DNA from: Planctomycetia bacterium
GTDB lineage: Bacteria > Planctomycetota > Planctomycetia > JALXBF01 > JBGPMX01
DNA length: 32,828 bases
Direction: 5' to 3'
Assembly (NCBI GenBank): GCA_041487215.1
Contig: JBGPMX010000003.1
Coordinates: 1 to 32,828, forward strand
The notes below the pieces were generated by a model that worked only from the letters and a program-made list of their open reading frames with translations, was not told where the DNA came from and did no database searches. This document shows positions 10,101 through 18,900 of this stretch, piece after piece; within the stretch, counting starts at the first letter, position 1; every line of letters starts with the position of its first letter. Position numbers and translations under genes: made by a program.

Positions 10101-13100
10101 TGGTCCGCCCAGGTGCCGACGATGGTGTCGCCGTCGCCCCGGTTGCGCACCGTCCAGGTGATCGTGATCGAGCCGCCTGCCGCCGGGGTGCCTGAGACCG
10201 CCGCCGACGCAACCACCAGGTCCGCCGGGAGCGAGTTGATGAGCACCGGCGCGGCGTCCGGGGCGACATTGTTGCCGTCGTTGAGTTCGAACACGCCGTT
10301 GTCGGCATCCACGGCAACAAAGACGTAGCGCGGGCCGCTCAGCCCGTTGGGCAGTGTGAGCGAGGCGGTGGCGTCGTAAGAACCGTCTACAGCCAGCGCA
10401 CCCAGGTGGGTCCGTTGGCCGAGCAGGAGGTCGACCGTCGGATCGAACTGACTGTCCTCGGACAGGTAGAACGCGTCGCTCCAGCTGTCGTTGGGCGTTG
10501 CGGTCGACCCGAAGTTGGTCACGTGGTAGCTCACAGTCATTGAGTGGCCGGCCAGGGCCGTGTCTGCGACGCCAACTCCCGATGCCTCCAGGTCCGGCGG
10601 CGGAGTCAAGTTGATCGTAGTGGGGACCGGGTCGTATCCGGAGTTATTCGTCTCGAAGGCGAACTCGTCGAGCTGGTTGGTCGCATCGGCCGCGACGAAG
10701 AAATAGAACGTTCCCGAGACCCCGGCCGGCAGCGTGACCACCGGGCGAGACGTGTACTCGTTGGTGCCGCGGAAGGTGGACGTGCTGTTCGGCACGCCCG
10801 TGAGCCGCCGATCCTCGGCCGGGTTGAGCACGTCATCGGCCGACATGTAGACGTCGTCGAACCATCCCTGTGGCGCGATGAGCGCCGCGCCCGTGTTGCC
10901 GACGGTGTAGGCGAGCGTGATCGCCTGACCGGAGAATGCCTGATCGGGAGCGTGGACCTGCGTGACCACGAGGTCCGGTGGGGGCGGCCGGTCCACATGG
11001 ACCCGGGGGCCCACGCCCACGTTATCTGCCTCGTCCAGGTATTCGAAGACCTGGCCGCGGGCATCGGCCATCACCAGCACGTAGTAGTCGCCCGGGCCGA
11101 CACCGCGCGCAGTTGCCACCGCGCTGCCGGGGTACCCCTGCCCCGCGCTCAGGTAGCTGGGGTTTACGGCGCCGCCGATGTAGACATCGGTGCTGTCGAG
11201 GATCTGATCGACTGAGAAGTAGGCGTAGTCGCTCCACTGCGGCGCGTCCGTCGGGCCAGTGCCGGCGTTGTTCACGGTCCAGGAGACCTGGAATGCATCA
11301 CCGAGCGTGACGCTCGATACCCCTGCGGTGACGCCGCTCACCTGAAGATTCGGGAAGGGGGACGACCGCACGTCGATCTGCCGATCGTCCACCGTGTTGT
11401 TGTTGCTCTCGGCGGCCCCTTCCGCAACGGCACTGTCGCCCGCGTCCGTCTCAATAACCACGTACCGCGGCCCACTCAGATCGATCGGCACGGTGACCGT
11501 CTGGGTCCGGAGGATGGAGCGATCGGGGTCGATCGACCCGGCGAAATCGAATTCACCGAGCATCAGATCGTTCCCCACGGTGCCGTCATCCGAAAGGTAA
11601 ACCCGGTCCTTCCAGGCGCCCGTCGCCGGGGCATCCCCGCGGTTCGTGATCCGCCACGTGATGTCGATCCGCTGGCCCGAGAACACTTCGAGCGGCGCGC
11701 TGACGTCACTCACGATCAGGTCGGCTGCCCTGAGCTGGATCGGCACCGCGCGGGTGTTGTTGGTCTCATCGGACTCCGGCTGGTATTGGCCCTGGCCGTT
11801 CGGCACGTAGCCGTTCCCCTGGTCGGCGACGATGAGCAGGTACCGGTTGCCCGCGGCGGTGTTGGGGATAAGCACGTCGCGCGTTCGGTCATAGCTCGAG
11901 CCGGCGGCCAGCGGCGTCTCGTCCGCGGCCGAGAACGAAGCCAGGAAGAGGTCCGACCCGTCCAGCGCCGTGTCGTCGGAGATGAAGATACTGTCGAACC
12001 AGCCGGCCGAGGCGGGGCCGTTCCCCTGATTGGCGACGCTCCAGGAGACCGCGACGGAGTTCCCCAGCACGGCGGAGGCCGGGGCGTTCACGCCGGGCGG
12101 CACCAGCAGGTCGGCGCCGGTGATCTCGATCGGCCTGGCCAGCACGTTGTTGCCGTTGTCGCTCTCGAACTGGTCGCCCCCGTGGTCGGTGACCACCAGT
12201 AGGTAACGGTTGCCGATCGCGGTGTCCGGGATCGTCAGATCACGGTTCAGGCTGTAGCTCAATTGGTTCAGAAGCGGCGTCTGGTCCCCAACCGGGAACG
12301 AACGCACGAAGAGGTCGGACGGGTCGAGGGTCGTGTCGTCCGAGACGAAGAACGCATCGGACCAGTCGGCAACGGCGTCGCCCGGGCCCCGGTTGAGCAC
12401 GGTCCAGGAGACCGTGATCGTCTCGCCCAGGGCGGCCGACACCGGGGACCCCAGATCGGTGGGCTTGAGGTCCGCGGCCTTGAGCTCGATCGGCCGCGCC
12501 AGGACGTTGTTCACGTAGTCGGTTTCCCCCTGCGCCTGCCCCGCATTGACCACGAACAGCAGGTAGCGACTGCCGGTTGCCGTGTCCGGGATGGTGATGT
12601 TCTTGGGGATCGTGTAGCCGCTGTCCTTACCGAGCGGTGTCTGGGCGGTGATGGATTCGGAGTCCAACGCAATGTCCGAACCGTCCAGCGTCGCGTCGTC
12701 GGACAGATAGATGGCGTCCTGCCAGTCGGCCAAGGCGGCACCGGGACCGAGATTGGTGACCAGCCACGAGACCGGGATCGTCTCGCCAAGTGCCGCCGAA
12801 GCCGGTGAGGAGGCATCTGAGACGACGAGGTCGGGAACCTGCGCTGATGTGGGCGCTGCGACGATGTTGTTCGTCTTGTTCGTCTCGGCCTGCCGGTTCT
12901 CTGCGTCAGTCACAAAGAGCAAGTACTTGCCCGTCACCGCGGTGTTCGGGATGGAGATGCCGTAGGGGACGGTGTAACTGGCCTGCGCGTCCAAAGGGGT
13001 GTACCAGGGCTCATTGAACAACACCGTATCTTCGGGGCCCGGTGTCGCATCGTCGGACAGGTAGATCTTGTCGCGCCAGACCGGGGATGCATGCGTGTCG

Positions 13101-15550
13101 GCCTGCTCGGAGCCGTCGTTCAGCACGGTGTAGGTGCCTTCGACGTACTGCCCGGGGCTCACCTCCGCCGGCACAATCGCCGAAATGACCAGATCGACGT
13201 CGGGCGGCGTTAACAAGATCGGCTGCGCGTACACGTTGTTGGTTTCGTCCGTTTCCCCTTGGTCCTCAAAGCCGTCCGCCACAACCAGCAGGTAGCGGTT
13301 TCCCGCCGCCGTGTTGGGGATTCTCACGGTCAGCGTGGTCGTGTAGCTGGCGCCGGCAGCCAGGGGGATGTGATCGCGTGGGTATGCCTCGTCCACGGTC
13401 GTATCGCTGTCGTCGAACACCATGTCGTCGGAGATGGCAATGACGTCGTCCCAGCCCGCCGCCGCGCTGCCGGGCCCGTGGTTGATGACCGTCCACGAGA
13501 CGTCGATCGTCTGGAAGATGACAGCCGAGTCCGGCGCCGAGGCGGCGGTGACCTCGAGGTCCGGCGCCTTGATCTCGATCGGCAGCGCGCGGACGTTGTT
13601 CGTTTCGTCGGTTTCGGACCTCTGGCCGAATGCGTCGGCGACGATCAGCAGGTACTTGCTTCCCGGTGTGGCTTCATCCAGGTTGACGGTTTGCGTGACC
13701 TGGTAGCTGCCACCGTTTGCATCCAGCGGCGGTGCGTTGTGCCGGTACTGGTCCAGCTGCGTGTCGCTGTCCACGTCGAATGCCACGTCATCGGACAGGA
13801 AGACCGCGTCGTACCAGCTGCCCGGGGCGAACACGCTCCCCTGGTTCGTGACGGTCCAGGAAACGGAGATCCGTTCCCCCACCGAGGCTGACGGGGGCGC
13901 CGACGCGGTCGGGGCGGGTACGATCAGGTCCGGCTTCTCCACGTCGATTGCCACCGCGACCACGTTATTCGTCTCGTCCGTCTCGTACTGGGCGTTATTC
14001 TTGTCCGTGACGAACAGCAGGTAGCTGGTTCCGGTGCCTGCGTCCGCAGGGATGGAGACGGTCAGAGGACCGCCGTAACTGAGACCACCCGCCAGCGGTG
14101 TCTCAGCACTCACGAACCGCAAGCCGATGGACTTGTCCCTGCTGGTGTCGAGCACCACATCATCGGAGATGTAAACATAGTCGTACCAGTCCTTGACCGC
14201 GGGCTCTGTTCCCTCGTTGCGCACGCTGAAAGGAACATCCAGCGCCTGACCCGCCACAACCACCGGCGGAACGGTTGGTGGAACGACCGTGAGGTCCACG
14301 TCCGGCCCGGTGATCTCGATCGGCACCGACACGACGTTGTTGGTCTCGTCGGTCTCGCCCTGGAAGTTCGAGTTGGAATACCGGTCGGTCGTAAAGAGCA
14401 GGTAGTGGCTGCCGGCCGTTGTATTCGGAATCGTGGCACTCTTGGTTACGTTGTAGCTTGTGCCTCCGGCCAGCGGTATCTGCGGCGCGATGGCAAAGCT
14501 GAAGACTATGGCCAGGTCGGTGTTGTCGAGAGTGTTGTCCGTGGAAAGGTAGACCACGTCGTACCAAAAGGGAGCGACTGTGCTCTCCGACCGTGCATTG
14601 CTTACTGTCCAGGAGACGTCGAAGGTCTGATAAACCGCCGCGGTGGCCGGGTGGGACGTGGGGGTGATCTGGAGATCAACGTCCGGGGCGGCGAGCGCGA
14701 TGGGCAGGACCTGGATGTTGTTGGTCTCGTCCGTCTCTCCCTGCGATCCGGAGACATCGGCCACGAAGAGCAGGTAGCGACTGCCCGCGTTGAACGCCGG
14801 GATGGTGACGTCCTGGCTGATCGTGTAGCTGTCCCCACCGGCCAGCGGGGTTCTATCCGCCGCGGAAAAGGTCTGCACGTTTTTGTCGATCGCGAAGCCA
14901 TCGAAGGTTGGGTCATTGGAAAGGACCAGCGCGTCGGTGTAGTCGGTCAGTGCCGACACGGAGCTGCTCTGGTTGTGCACGATAAATGAGACCGGGATCG
15001 TCTGGTGCATGGCGGCCGACGCAGGAGCCATCGCGTCCGACACCGCCAGATCCGGCGCCTGGATCTCGATGGCGCGCGCAAGGACGTTGTTGGTTTTGTC
15101 CGTCTCCGGCTGGTACCGGTCGTGGTCTGTCACGATCAGGAGATAGCGGGTGCCGGGCGTCGCGTTGTAGAGCGTCACGGAGTCGCTCAGGGTGTAGCTG
15201 GCCCCCGCGCCGAGCCGGTCGCTGCTGGGAGGATAGAACGCCCCGAGCACGGTGTCCCCGTCGTCCAGGATCGTGTCGCTCGAGAGGTAGGCGAAGTCTC
15301 TCCAGAGGGCGGGGCGGCTCGCGGTGGTGCCCTGGTTCTGGACCGTCCAGCGGATCGCGATCGTGTCGCCGCTGACCGCCGCCGCGGGGGCGGAAAGGTC
15401 TGTGATGACCAGGTCCACGTCGCTGGCGAGCAGCAGCCGCTCTTCCAAGTTTTCCAGCAATAACTCGCGCCGTTTGTTGCACTTGTGGCTGCGAGCTTGC
15501 CGGGGATTGCCCGGCCATGCGGCACGTTGGCAACGGGCAGATCGCATCAT
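1178..15550 (-). CDS. Giant exported multidomain protein (~4790 aa): LExRxLL signal, 18 CARDB-type repeats, Ig/IPT domains, carboxypeptidase-regulatory-like domain, propeller-like repeats, SxDPND domain, FN3-like domain, 4 SdrD-B-like domains, S8 subtilase
   Basis: Open frame. True start is likely ATGATG at 15550 with GGGAG RBS, followed by a basic leader and RRELLLENLEERLLLA. S8 motifs: VVILDTGID, HGHGSHV, SASGND, FSGTSMAAP. SdrD-B motifs of the type GxxFxDxDGDGxxDxGEPGLxxWTIFLDxDxDG. The ORF-track start at 15886 lies inside a MITE. Confidence 0.92.
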   Translation of the reverse strand: MMRSARCQRAAWPGNPRQARSHKCNKRRELLLENLEERLLLASDVDLVITDLSAPAAAVSGDTIAIRWTVQNQGTTASRPALWRDFAYLSSDTILDDGDTVLGAFYPPSSDRLGAGASYTLSDSVTLYNATPGTRYLLIVTDHDRYQPETDKTNNVLARAIEIQAPDLAVSDAMAPASAAMHQTIPVSFIVHNQSSSVSALTDYTDALVLSNDPTFDGFAIDKNVQTFSAADRTPLAGGDSYTISQDVTIPAFNAGSRYLLFVADVSGSQGETDETNNIQVLPIALAAPDVDLQITPTSHPATAAVYQTFDVSWTVSNARSESTVAPFWYDVVYLSTDNTLDNTDLAIVFSFAIAPQIPLAGGTSYNVTKSATIPNTTAGSHYLLFTTDRYSNSNFQGETDETNNVVSVPIEITGPDVDLTVVPPTVPPVVVAGQALDVPFSVRNEGTEPAVKDWYDYVYISDDVVLDTSRDKSIGLRFVSAETPLAGGLSYGGPLTVSIPADAGTGTSYLLFVTDKNNAQYETDETNNVVAVAIDVEKPDLIVPAPTASAPPSASVGERISVSWTVTNQGSVFAPGSWYDAVFLSDDVAFDVDSDTQLDQYRHNAPPLDANGGSYQVTQTVNLDEATPGSKYLLIVADAFGQRSETDETNNVRALPIEIKAPDLEVTAASAPDSAVIFQTIDVSWTVINHGPGSAAAGWDDVIAISDDMVFDDSDTTVDEAYPRDHIPLAAGASYTTTLTVRIPNTAAGNRYLLVVADGFEDQGETDETNNVYAQPILLTPPDVDLVISAIVPAEVSPGQYVEGTYTVLNDGSEQADTHASPVWRDKIYLSDDATPGPEDTVLFNEPWYTPLDAQASYTVPYGISIPNTAVTGKYLLFVTDAENRQAETNKTNNIVAAPTSAQVPDLVVSDASSPASAALGETIPVSWLVTNLGPGAALADWQDAIYLSDDATLDGSDIALDSESITAQTPLGKDSGYTIPKNITIPDTATGSRYLLFVVNAGQAQGETDYVNNVLARPIELKAADLKPTDLGSPVSAALGETITVSWTVLNRGPGDAVADWSDAFFVSDDTTLDPSDLFVRSFPVGDQTPLLNQLSYSLNRDLTIPDTAIGNRYLLVVTDHGGDQFESDNGNNVLARPIEITGADLLVPPGVNAPASAVLGNSVAVSWSVANQGNGPASAGWFDSIFISDDTALDGSDLFLASFSAADETPLAAGSSYDRTRDVLIPNTAAGNRYLLIVADQGNGYVPNGQGQYQPESDETNNTRAVPIQLRAADLIVSDVSAPLEVFSGQRIDITWRITNRGDAPATGAWKDRVYLSDDGTVGNDLMLGEFDFAGSIDPDRSILRTQTVTVPIDLSGPRYVVIETDAGDSAVAEGAAESNNNTVDDRQIDVRSSPFPNLQVSGVTAGVSSVTLGDAFQVSWTVNNAGTGPTDAPQWSDYAYFSVDQILDSTDVYIGGAVNPSYLSAGQGYPGSAVATARGVGPGDYYVLVMADARGQVFEYLDEADNVGVGPRVHVDRPPPPDLVVTQVHAPDQAFSGQAITLAYTVGNTGAALIAPQGWFDDVYMSADDVLNPAEDRRLTGVPNSTSTFRGTNEYTSRPVVTLPAGVSGTFYFFVAADATNQLDEFAFETNNSGYDPVPTTINLTPPPDLEASGVGVADTALAGHSMTVSYHVTNFGSTATPNDSWSDAFYLSEDSQFDPTVDLLLGQRTHLGALAVDGSYDATASLTLPNGLSGPRYVFVAVDADNGVFELNDGNNVAPDAAPVLINSLPADLVVASAAVSGTPAAGGSITITWTVRNRGDGDTIVGTWADQIIASRNDALGDGDDTVLALVSHTGALDPRQSYGNAATVGLPFEFAGSYSLFVVSDAGNAVFEADNESNNASSAVPIQVTRETADLELLPTRLAAENGRLRLEWTVTNSGANRTSSEYWHDGIYASPDDVFGNGNDLLLDSVYHSGALAHGGQYAGADWVELPRSLSGLLYFFIRADADNQVLEESDSNNTQLAGQLDVATLRFKPDLIVSSITAPAEALSAQEFDVAWEVRNVGDFIDPPGTPPERLRPELRSGHWRDVVFLSRDQVFDAGSDYFLGERTARMEDLVPVTGPGDPYQVYTRSATFRVPAGLTGPLYVFVATDRSDEVLEADGEANNTAYDPTALVASLAPPADLLVGSVTIPQNAPVGSNVSLSYTLENLGTNAARGSWWDRLYLSSDDHYSADDVPLSLLQHREEAQGRIEPGGSLTVHAGAGLPAVLPGDYFLIVRSDVFNVIPESNETNNLRASLDSFTVSVPEIALSDGAGSADVDTFVPHQYTQALYFRFDAPQDETIAIEALFSDIPDVFVHDAPPVGDHFETVPRQTVTAAYVAFGRVPTPFAHDLREDEWLRSSLHSGDAKPLVIPRTQAGTYFVRLDVRDTHPDFSPGSSHNSSDDSSHERFRVSVHTLPFSLLEAPTQVGNAGPVTMRLVGSQLDASTTFRITRNGDRVLSPTQVQIQDPMTAFVTFDLTGQPPTGSGGSGEPQNRYRVVVTNASGETSGLDLVVLPGVGPRLGATLNGPAVVRLDHEYVFYANYGNNGDADAVAPLLIVQGPDGVPFGLSRDDLAPGRTLQVLGISGDGPAGVLRAGELGSIPFFYNTNGGTGRFLLHTITADDNRPIDFQQVEAAIRPPDLPDDLWNAIWPDIQARLGNTWGDYVRALADMATFLSVRGQRVVGVAELFRAIYFEELFEPSGVIGGHVLDAATHQPAAGAQVTLRQVIRGDNARLAHGTTDPEGRFRIEELHAGTWEVFIRGFYFDTIPTVTLRPGEAATDLMLSPKLLPDPDPQPSAEPPHLDQADPALAIDASGVPHMIWTHNQELWHASYNGSAWVGAGPIPGAIPDSYAIQAAGNLIDGQAAGILVTWRQGQGNNSDIYYSLGRARAGGAYEWSAPINLTLDSAYDDSPTVVVTNSGRVLLVSQKYDDTLQDDADLYARLVEIGSAGLIWPAGVATAALAGTDDLGFRAAVDSPDIVSVGFGYQNQLPSWIPLIGGKKNIAVLGVLNRSKNCEVAKISGFVQLKAEVADDVEFAGELNASLSAAAEPGGYSVNEFKLGGAISGSVDIPFVKIPVPMPPIPLGIVLVDLGDELAKFSVGASFGFGLSGSYKWTVDQPAQANLYTDLSVGAFGKAKLLNKIRVQAKVLGTARWEAYPRFLTFKRLTVTMDVLVTAGPWGGAMTAVWIEDPSRPTGSSLQLSAASEPFALETPRPGPTTQSLSLHYGPHAGTGTVYGSGSILSNVASDLSEDGPATLAKAPNGDIYLAWAKDADPASPGPLGDRVLVSRFDGTRWNEPVELPGSRGFSDKPAIGFGPGGEPIIVWSMADTSALTPQSDTNQILGTLTRNDVVFSTYRNGAWSTPVPIWTANGRESEVVVSVSADGRLLATWKHAADSGTQLMAAFWDGNGWTTPEAVDVGAITGPAAITQLHGNTVLFWTQDVTGNLNNNDPSIFQSTFNGHWSEPTAFDPVAAATTASGADFGPSSSQAEGSTARFRASDLDLTDWLYSVDWGDVPSDCSKKPKKPPQPKPNDPRPLPLPVPPPPPVPTPPEPPQPYEPRQAVSLDPNDIIGPTGFGSEAWVSSSDTLPYMIRFENKADASGPAQRVVITQALDDDLDVRSFRVADFGWGDQHIELDAKQGFYQGRIDLFDTLGYAVDITASVDVQTGLATWVLSTVDPQTGESPADALLGFLPPNDSSGIGEGFVTYTIRPKHDVTTGARIDARARVVFDTNEPIDTPGIANALDSAPPTSAVDLLSAATAESTFLVSWSGRDDEGGSALADFAIYVSDNGGPFVRWLVGTSLTEALYTGEPGHAYAFYSVARDNAGNIEAPPATPDAQTHVGALPAGEIHGQEFNDLDGDGTKDAGEPGLADWTIFLDLDDDGLLDTEEPSTVTDANGAYVFTALAPGSYVVAEVMQQGWMQTSPGPGGSTSAAPVSRTALGDVRVTIAGVRSSDETTPSSLVSAERAGGLIALDAFRADPRFAGIDGSGLSVVILDTGIDPDHPFFGADGDSNGVADSVVYQWDFVHDDADASDDHGHGSHVSSIVASRDLVHRGVAPSVNLIELKVLDSTGSGSFASVERALEWVIAHAAQYRIAGVNMSFGDGGNYSTPQLRAGISNDLAALAALGVIVVSASGNDFYADGSRQGVAYPSADPNSLSIGAVWSADAGGPFTWKNGARDLSTAADRIVSFSQRDDGLSDAFAPGALIAGAGLGGGVATFSGTSMAAPYVTGVAALAQQLALDKLGRRLTLDEFRSLLVSTATIIKDGDDERDNVTNTGLSFARVDVLALAEGILALAGGAPLATIGSHATTGEAPHDRPARSPVIAGSRTVQVAAGDVLDGIDFGNFRKITIRGSIYEDHNGNGLQDTEDQGLAGWTLFLDADDSGTLDAGEASTQTDAQGNYAFLDLGPGTYRVRQVVEPGWFRTTGNPETIFASSGGDVANADIGDTPARPGKIKGHAFEDMNGDQRYDAGEPLLAGWVVLLDSNGNGIPDPGERSKLTRPNGTYSFKNLDPGDHAVVLVSASGFVAVPMHASVPPGGVARKIDVAAYQPGRIRGKIFHDDNRNGAQDADEARLPGWTVFLDLDGDGSQDPNEPSKVSNGTGKFVFPDLAPGLYHVTQMVQQGWVQTAPADAASRAVRLLSGARGRVRFGNDDSASGSVTPSQRPAAAALRPAATLDVVPLSVPTPPQSDPERAPAVDAVLASRVDRGVAPIQDGFEPIEPERLGETPAQRGCAHDLIEACVLDDVLATWHAR
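8690..15421 (-). repeat. Tandem array of 18 CARDB-type Ig-like repeats (~120 aa each) within the giant protein
   Basis: Recurring unit xDLxV...P...G..I.V.WTV.N.G...W.D..YLS.D...D..D...G.YLL.V.D...E.DETNN, counted 18 times in the translation. Confidence 0.88.
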
Positions 15551-15605
15551 GACAAGTCTCCCGAACGAACAACCAAGAACCGGAGCCTGAGCCCCTGAAT
15601 GCGTA

Positions 15606-15631
15606 TATGCGCCGGGTTCGGGAAACCTGTC
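15606..15631 (-). promoter_or_regulatory. Putative ECF-sigma promoter of the giant protein gene (GACAGGT-N12-GCGCATA)
   Basis: Minus strand GACAGGT ttcccgaacccg GCGCATA, ending about 55 nt before the ATG. Same boxes and spacing as 20783-20808. Confidence 0.7.
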
Positions 15632-15732
15632 AGTGATCTCAATGCTGGAGTGGCAACGTCGCTGCGCGACCGCCTGAAGGGGTACGGGAAGCAGGCTGGG
15701 GAGATGTGGAGGCGAGGCGTGCGGCGCGGCCC

Positions 15733-15801
15733 TCAACCCTCGACTGATGTGCTCTGCGCGGCTGGCAGATCGCCAGGAGGCATCGGCTCGGCCACTACAT
15801 C
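15733..15801 (-). pseudogene. Orphaned ancestral 3' end of the kinase gene (DVVAEPMPPGDLPAAQSTSVEG-stop)
   Basis: Removing the MITE and one TSD copy rejoins ...EAEALL in frame to 22 further codons and a TGA at 15733-15735. Confidence 0.75.
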
Positions 15802-15809
15802 GAGCAGCG

Positions 15810-15900
15810 GGTACTGGGTCAGTTTGGCTGATACCCCCCCTTGTCCCCCCCTTGCTAAGGGGGGGACAGGGGGGGTCGCATTTCAAACTGACCCAGTACC
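15810..15900. mobile_element. 91-bp MITE with 17-bp perfect TIRs and 8-bp target-site duplication (possibly IS1595-family)
   Basis: GGTACTGGGTCAGTTTG (15810-15826) and CAAACTGACCCAGTACC (15884-15900) are exact reverse complements. GAGCAGCG flanks both ends (15802-15809, 15901-15908). The interior is a poly-C/poly-G hairpin. The family guess rests only on TSD length and TIR appearance. Confidence 0.9.
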
Positions 15901-18900
15901 GAGCAGCGCCTCGGCTTCCGCACGGAACCCGAGCAACTCGACATCATCAGGCTTGTTGGTGTTCATCCACTCGACCGCCTGGTCGTACCATCGCCGTGCG
16001 GCGTCTCGGTCCCCGAGGCGCCAGTGCGCCATGGCCAGGAAGAAGAAGTCGAAGCTGTGTCCGCCCTGAAGTTCGACGGACCTCTCCAGTGCGGCGACGG
16101 CGGATTCCCAGTCGATCGCCCGATAGTAGGCGATCCCGAGCGTGTTCCACGAGTACCCGTCGTGCGGGCTGAGCTCGACAGCGCGTCGGGCCAACCGGAC
16201 TGCCAAGACAGGGTCGTGACTCTGGTGGTCCTGGCCGGTGACGAGGTGCCAGGCCGAGCTGTTGCAGGCCTCGGCGCTGTTCGGTTCTGGACCCAGAGGC
16301 TCGAGCAGCTGGGCAGCGATGCGCTCGCGCACCGAGCGTAGCAGCTCATCCGCGCTGTCGCGTGTCCGTGCCGCCTCCTCGGGCCGGCCGGTTGTTTCGA
16401 GGCAGCTGCCGAGCCGATCGAGACTGACGATCAGCTCGTCCGCGTAGCCGATCGTGTCTGGGAAGTCGGCCGCTAGTCTCTCGAACACCGTAACCGCTCT
16501 GCCGTACGCGTCGCGCGCCGGCGCATCCTCACCCCGCCGCAGGTAGATATCTCCCGCGCGCCGGAATGCGCTGCCGGCCTGTTGCCGCACCGCGGGTTCG
16601 TCTGCTCCTCGATCCAGCGCCGCCGCGTATGCGGCGGCAGCCTGTTGCCAATCGCCGCCGGCGGCGTACACGCGAGCGCGGTCTGCGTAGTGTTGCCACT
16701 GCGATGGCGCCGCGGCGATCAGGCGGTCCAGGTGGAACGCCGCAGCGGACCATTGCCCGCCGCGCAGGCAATCGTCGGCTTCGTAGCGATGCCAGGCAGT
16801 CACGGCGTCTGGCGACGCGATCACATCGGCCGGGTATTGCGTACGCAACGTTTGCCATGCCTCACGCGTCGTGGCGGAGTCGATCGGAACCAGGCCGCCG
16901 GTATGGTCAATCTGGTGCGCGGCGACGAGCGGTGCCAGACGCTGCAAGTCTGCGACGGAATGCGCGTCGCAAGGCAGCTGCCACACCTGTGCGGTCCCGT
17001 CCCAGCTGGCGGTGACGATGCGGCGGCCGTCCGGGCTGAACTCCGCGTAGCCCACGCGGCTCTTGTGCTTCAAGATTGGTGTGACCGGTTCGCCCGTGCT
17101 CGCGTCCCACACCCGCGCCGTGCCGTTGTGGCAAGCCGTGACCAGGCGGCGCCCGTCACGGCTGAACAACACGTGGATCACGTGACTTCCGTGCATTAAC
17201 GGGGGCGTGGTGGCACGCCCGGTCTCGGCGTCCCAGACGCGGGCCGTGCTATCCTCGCTGGCGGTGACGATGCGATCGCCCTGGGGGCTGAACGAAGCAG
17301 CTAGCACACCGTCGCGGTGCCTGAGGGGGCTGCCTACGCGATCGCCCGTCTCTACGTCCCACACCTGGGCCTCGCGCTCCTCGAGCGAGCCGTCCCAGCA
17401 GGCGGTGACAACACGGTGTCCGTCGGGACTGAAGCTGGCGTGTTCGACCCAGTTGTCGTTGGGAAAGCTCTTGAGCTCCGCGCCGGTCGCGACGTCCCAG
17501 AGGCGCGCCGTATGGTCGTAGCTGGCCGTGACGACGAGCCGGCCGTCCGGGCTGAACGACGCGTCCCGCACGCGATCTTGGTGTTTTAGCGGCCCACTGG
17601 TTGGTTGCGCCGTTACCGCATCCCACACCCGCGCCGTGCCGTCGTCGCTGGCGGTGACGATGAGCCGGCCGTCGGGGCTGAACGAGGCGTGTTGCACCGC
17701 CGCGCCGTGCAGCGTAAAGAAGCTGAGCGGCTGGCCGGTCAGCGTATCCCACACCCGCGCGGTCCTGTCTGCGCTGGCGGTCACGACGCGGCTACCGTCC
17801 GGGCTGAACGATGCGTGCGTTACCGCTCCGCGGTGCCGCAACGGCGGCCCGGCTGGCTGGCTGGTCGCCGCGTCCCACAGCTGCGCCGTGCCGTCTTCGC
17901 TGGCCGTAAGCACCAGGTGCCCGTTCGGGCTGAACGCGGCGTGGGACACCGCGCCGCGGTGCCGCAGCGGCGGCAGCAATCGGTCGCTCGTGGCCAGATC
18001 CCACAACCGGGTCGTCCGGTCCCACGAGCTCGTCAGCACGCGGCGTCCGTCGGGCGCGAACGCTGCGCACAGCACAAAACTGCCGTGCCGGAGCGACGGA
18101 CTGACCGGCTCACCCGTCGCCGCATCCCATACGCGTGCCGTGCCGTCGTAGCTGGCTGTCACGACCCGCCGGCCGTCAGGACTGAACGACGCCTTCAGAA
18201 CCGCCGCGCTGTGCCTGAGCGGCGACAGGGTCACGAGGGTACCGCTCTCGGTGTTCCACACCGCGGCAGTCCAGTCCCAGCTGGCGGTAACCACGCGGCG
18301 GCCGTCTGGACTGAACGAGGCGGTGATCACGCCCTCCAGGTGTTTGAGGGGCGGCGCGCACGGTTCGCCGGTCTGCGCGTCCCAGAGGCGTGCTTCACCG
18401 GGACCGCCGAATCCGCCGGCAGCGGTCACGACCCGGCGGCCGTCCGGGCTGAATGAGGCCTGATTGACAAACGTGGAGTGCGCAAGCGGCGGCGTGATCG
18501 GTTCGCCCGTGTCGCTGCTCCACACGCGCGCCGTGAAATCGCCGCTGGCCGTAACCACGCGGTCCCCGTTCGGGCTGAACGATACGTAGGCGACCGCCGC
18601 GCGGTGCCGCAGCGGCGGACCGACCGGGGCGCTCGTCGCCACGTCCCATACCTGAGCGGTCCCGTCGCGGCTCGCCGTGGCCACACGCCGCCCGTCGGGG
18701 CTGAAGCACGCGTGCCGGATGGCGTCTCCTTGCTTGAGCGGCGCGCTGCGCGGCTCGCCGGTCGCTGCGTCCCAGACCCGCGTCGTCGAGTCTGCGGCGG
18801 CGGTGACCACCAGGCTGCCATCGGGGCTGAATGCCGCGTGAGCCAGTCGGGCGGCATGACGCAGCGGCGGCGTGACGGGTTCGCCCGTCTCTGTGTCCCA

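Noticed and set aside
15551-15886. N-terminal 112 aa of the 4902-aa track ORF ([14 protein letters not shown]...), apparently overlapping the kinase stop
   Set aside because: It starts inside the MITE and runs through the orphaned kinase tail region and the promoter. A good RBS, ATG and LExRxLL leader are at 15550, so the apparent translational coupling is an artefact.
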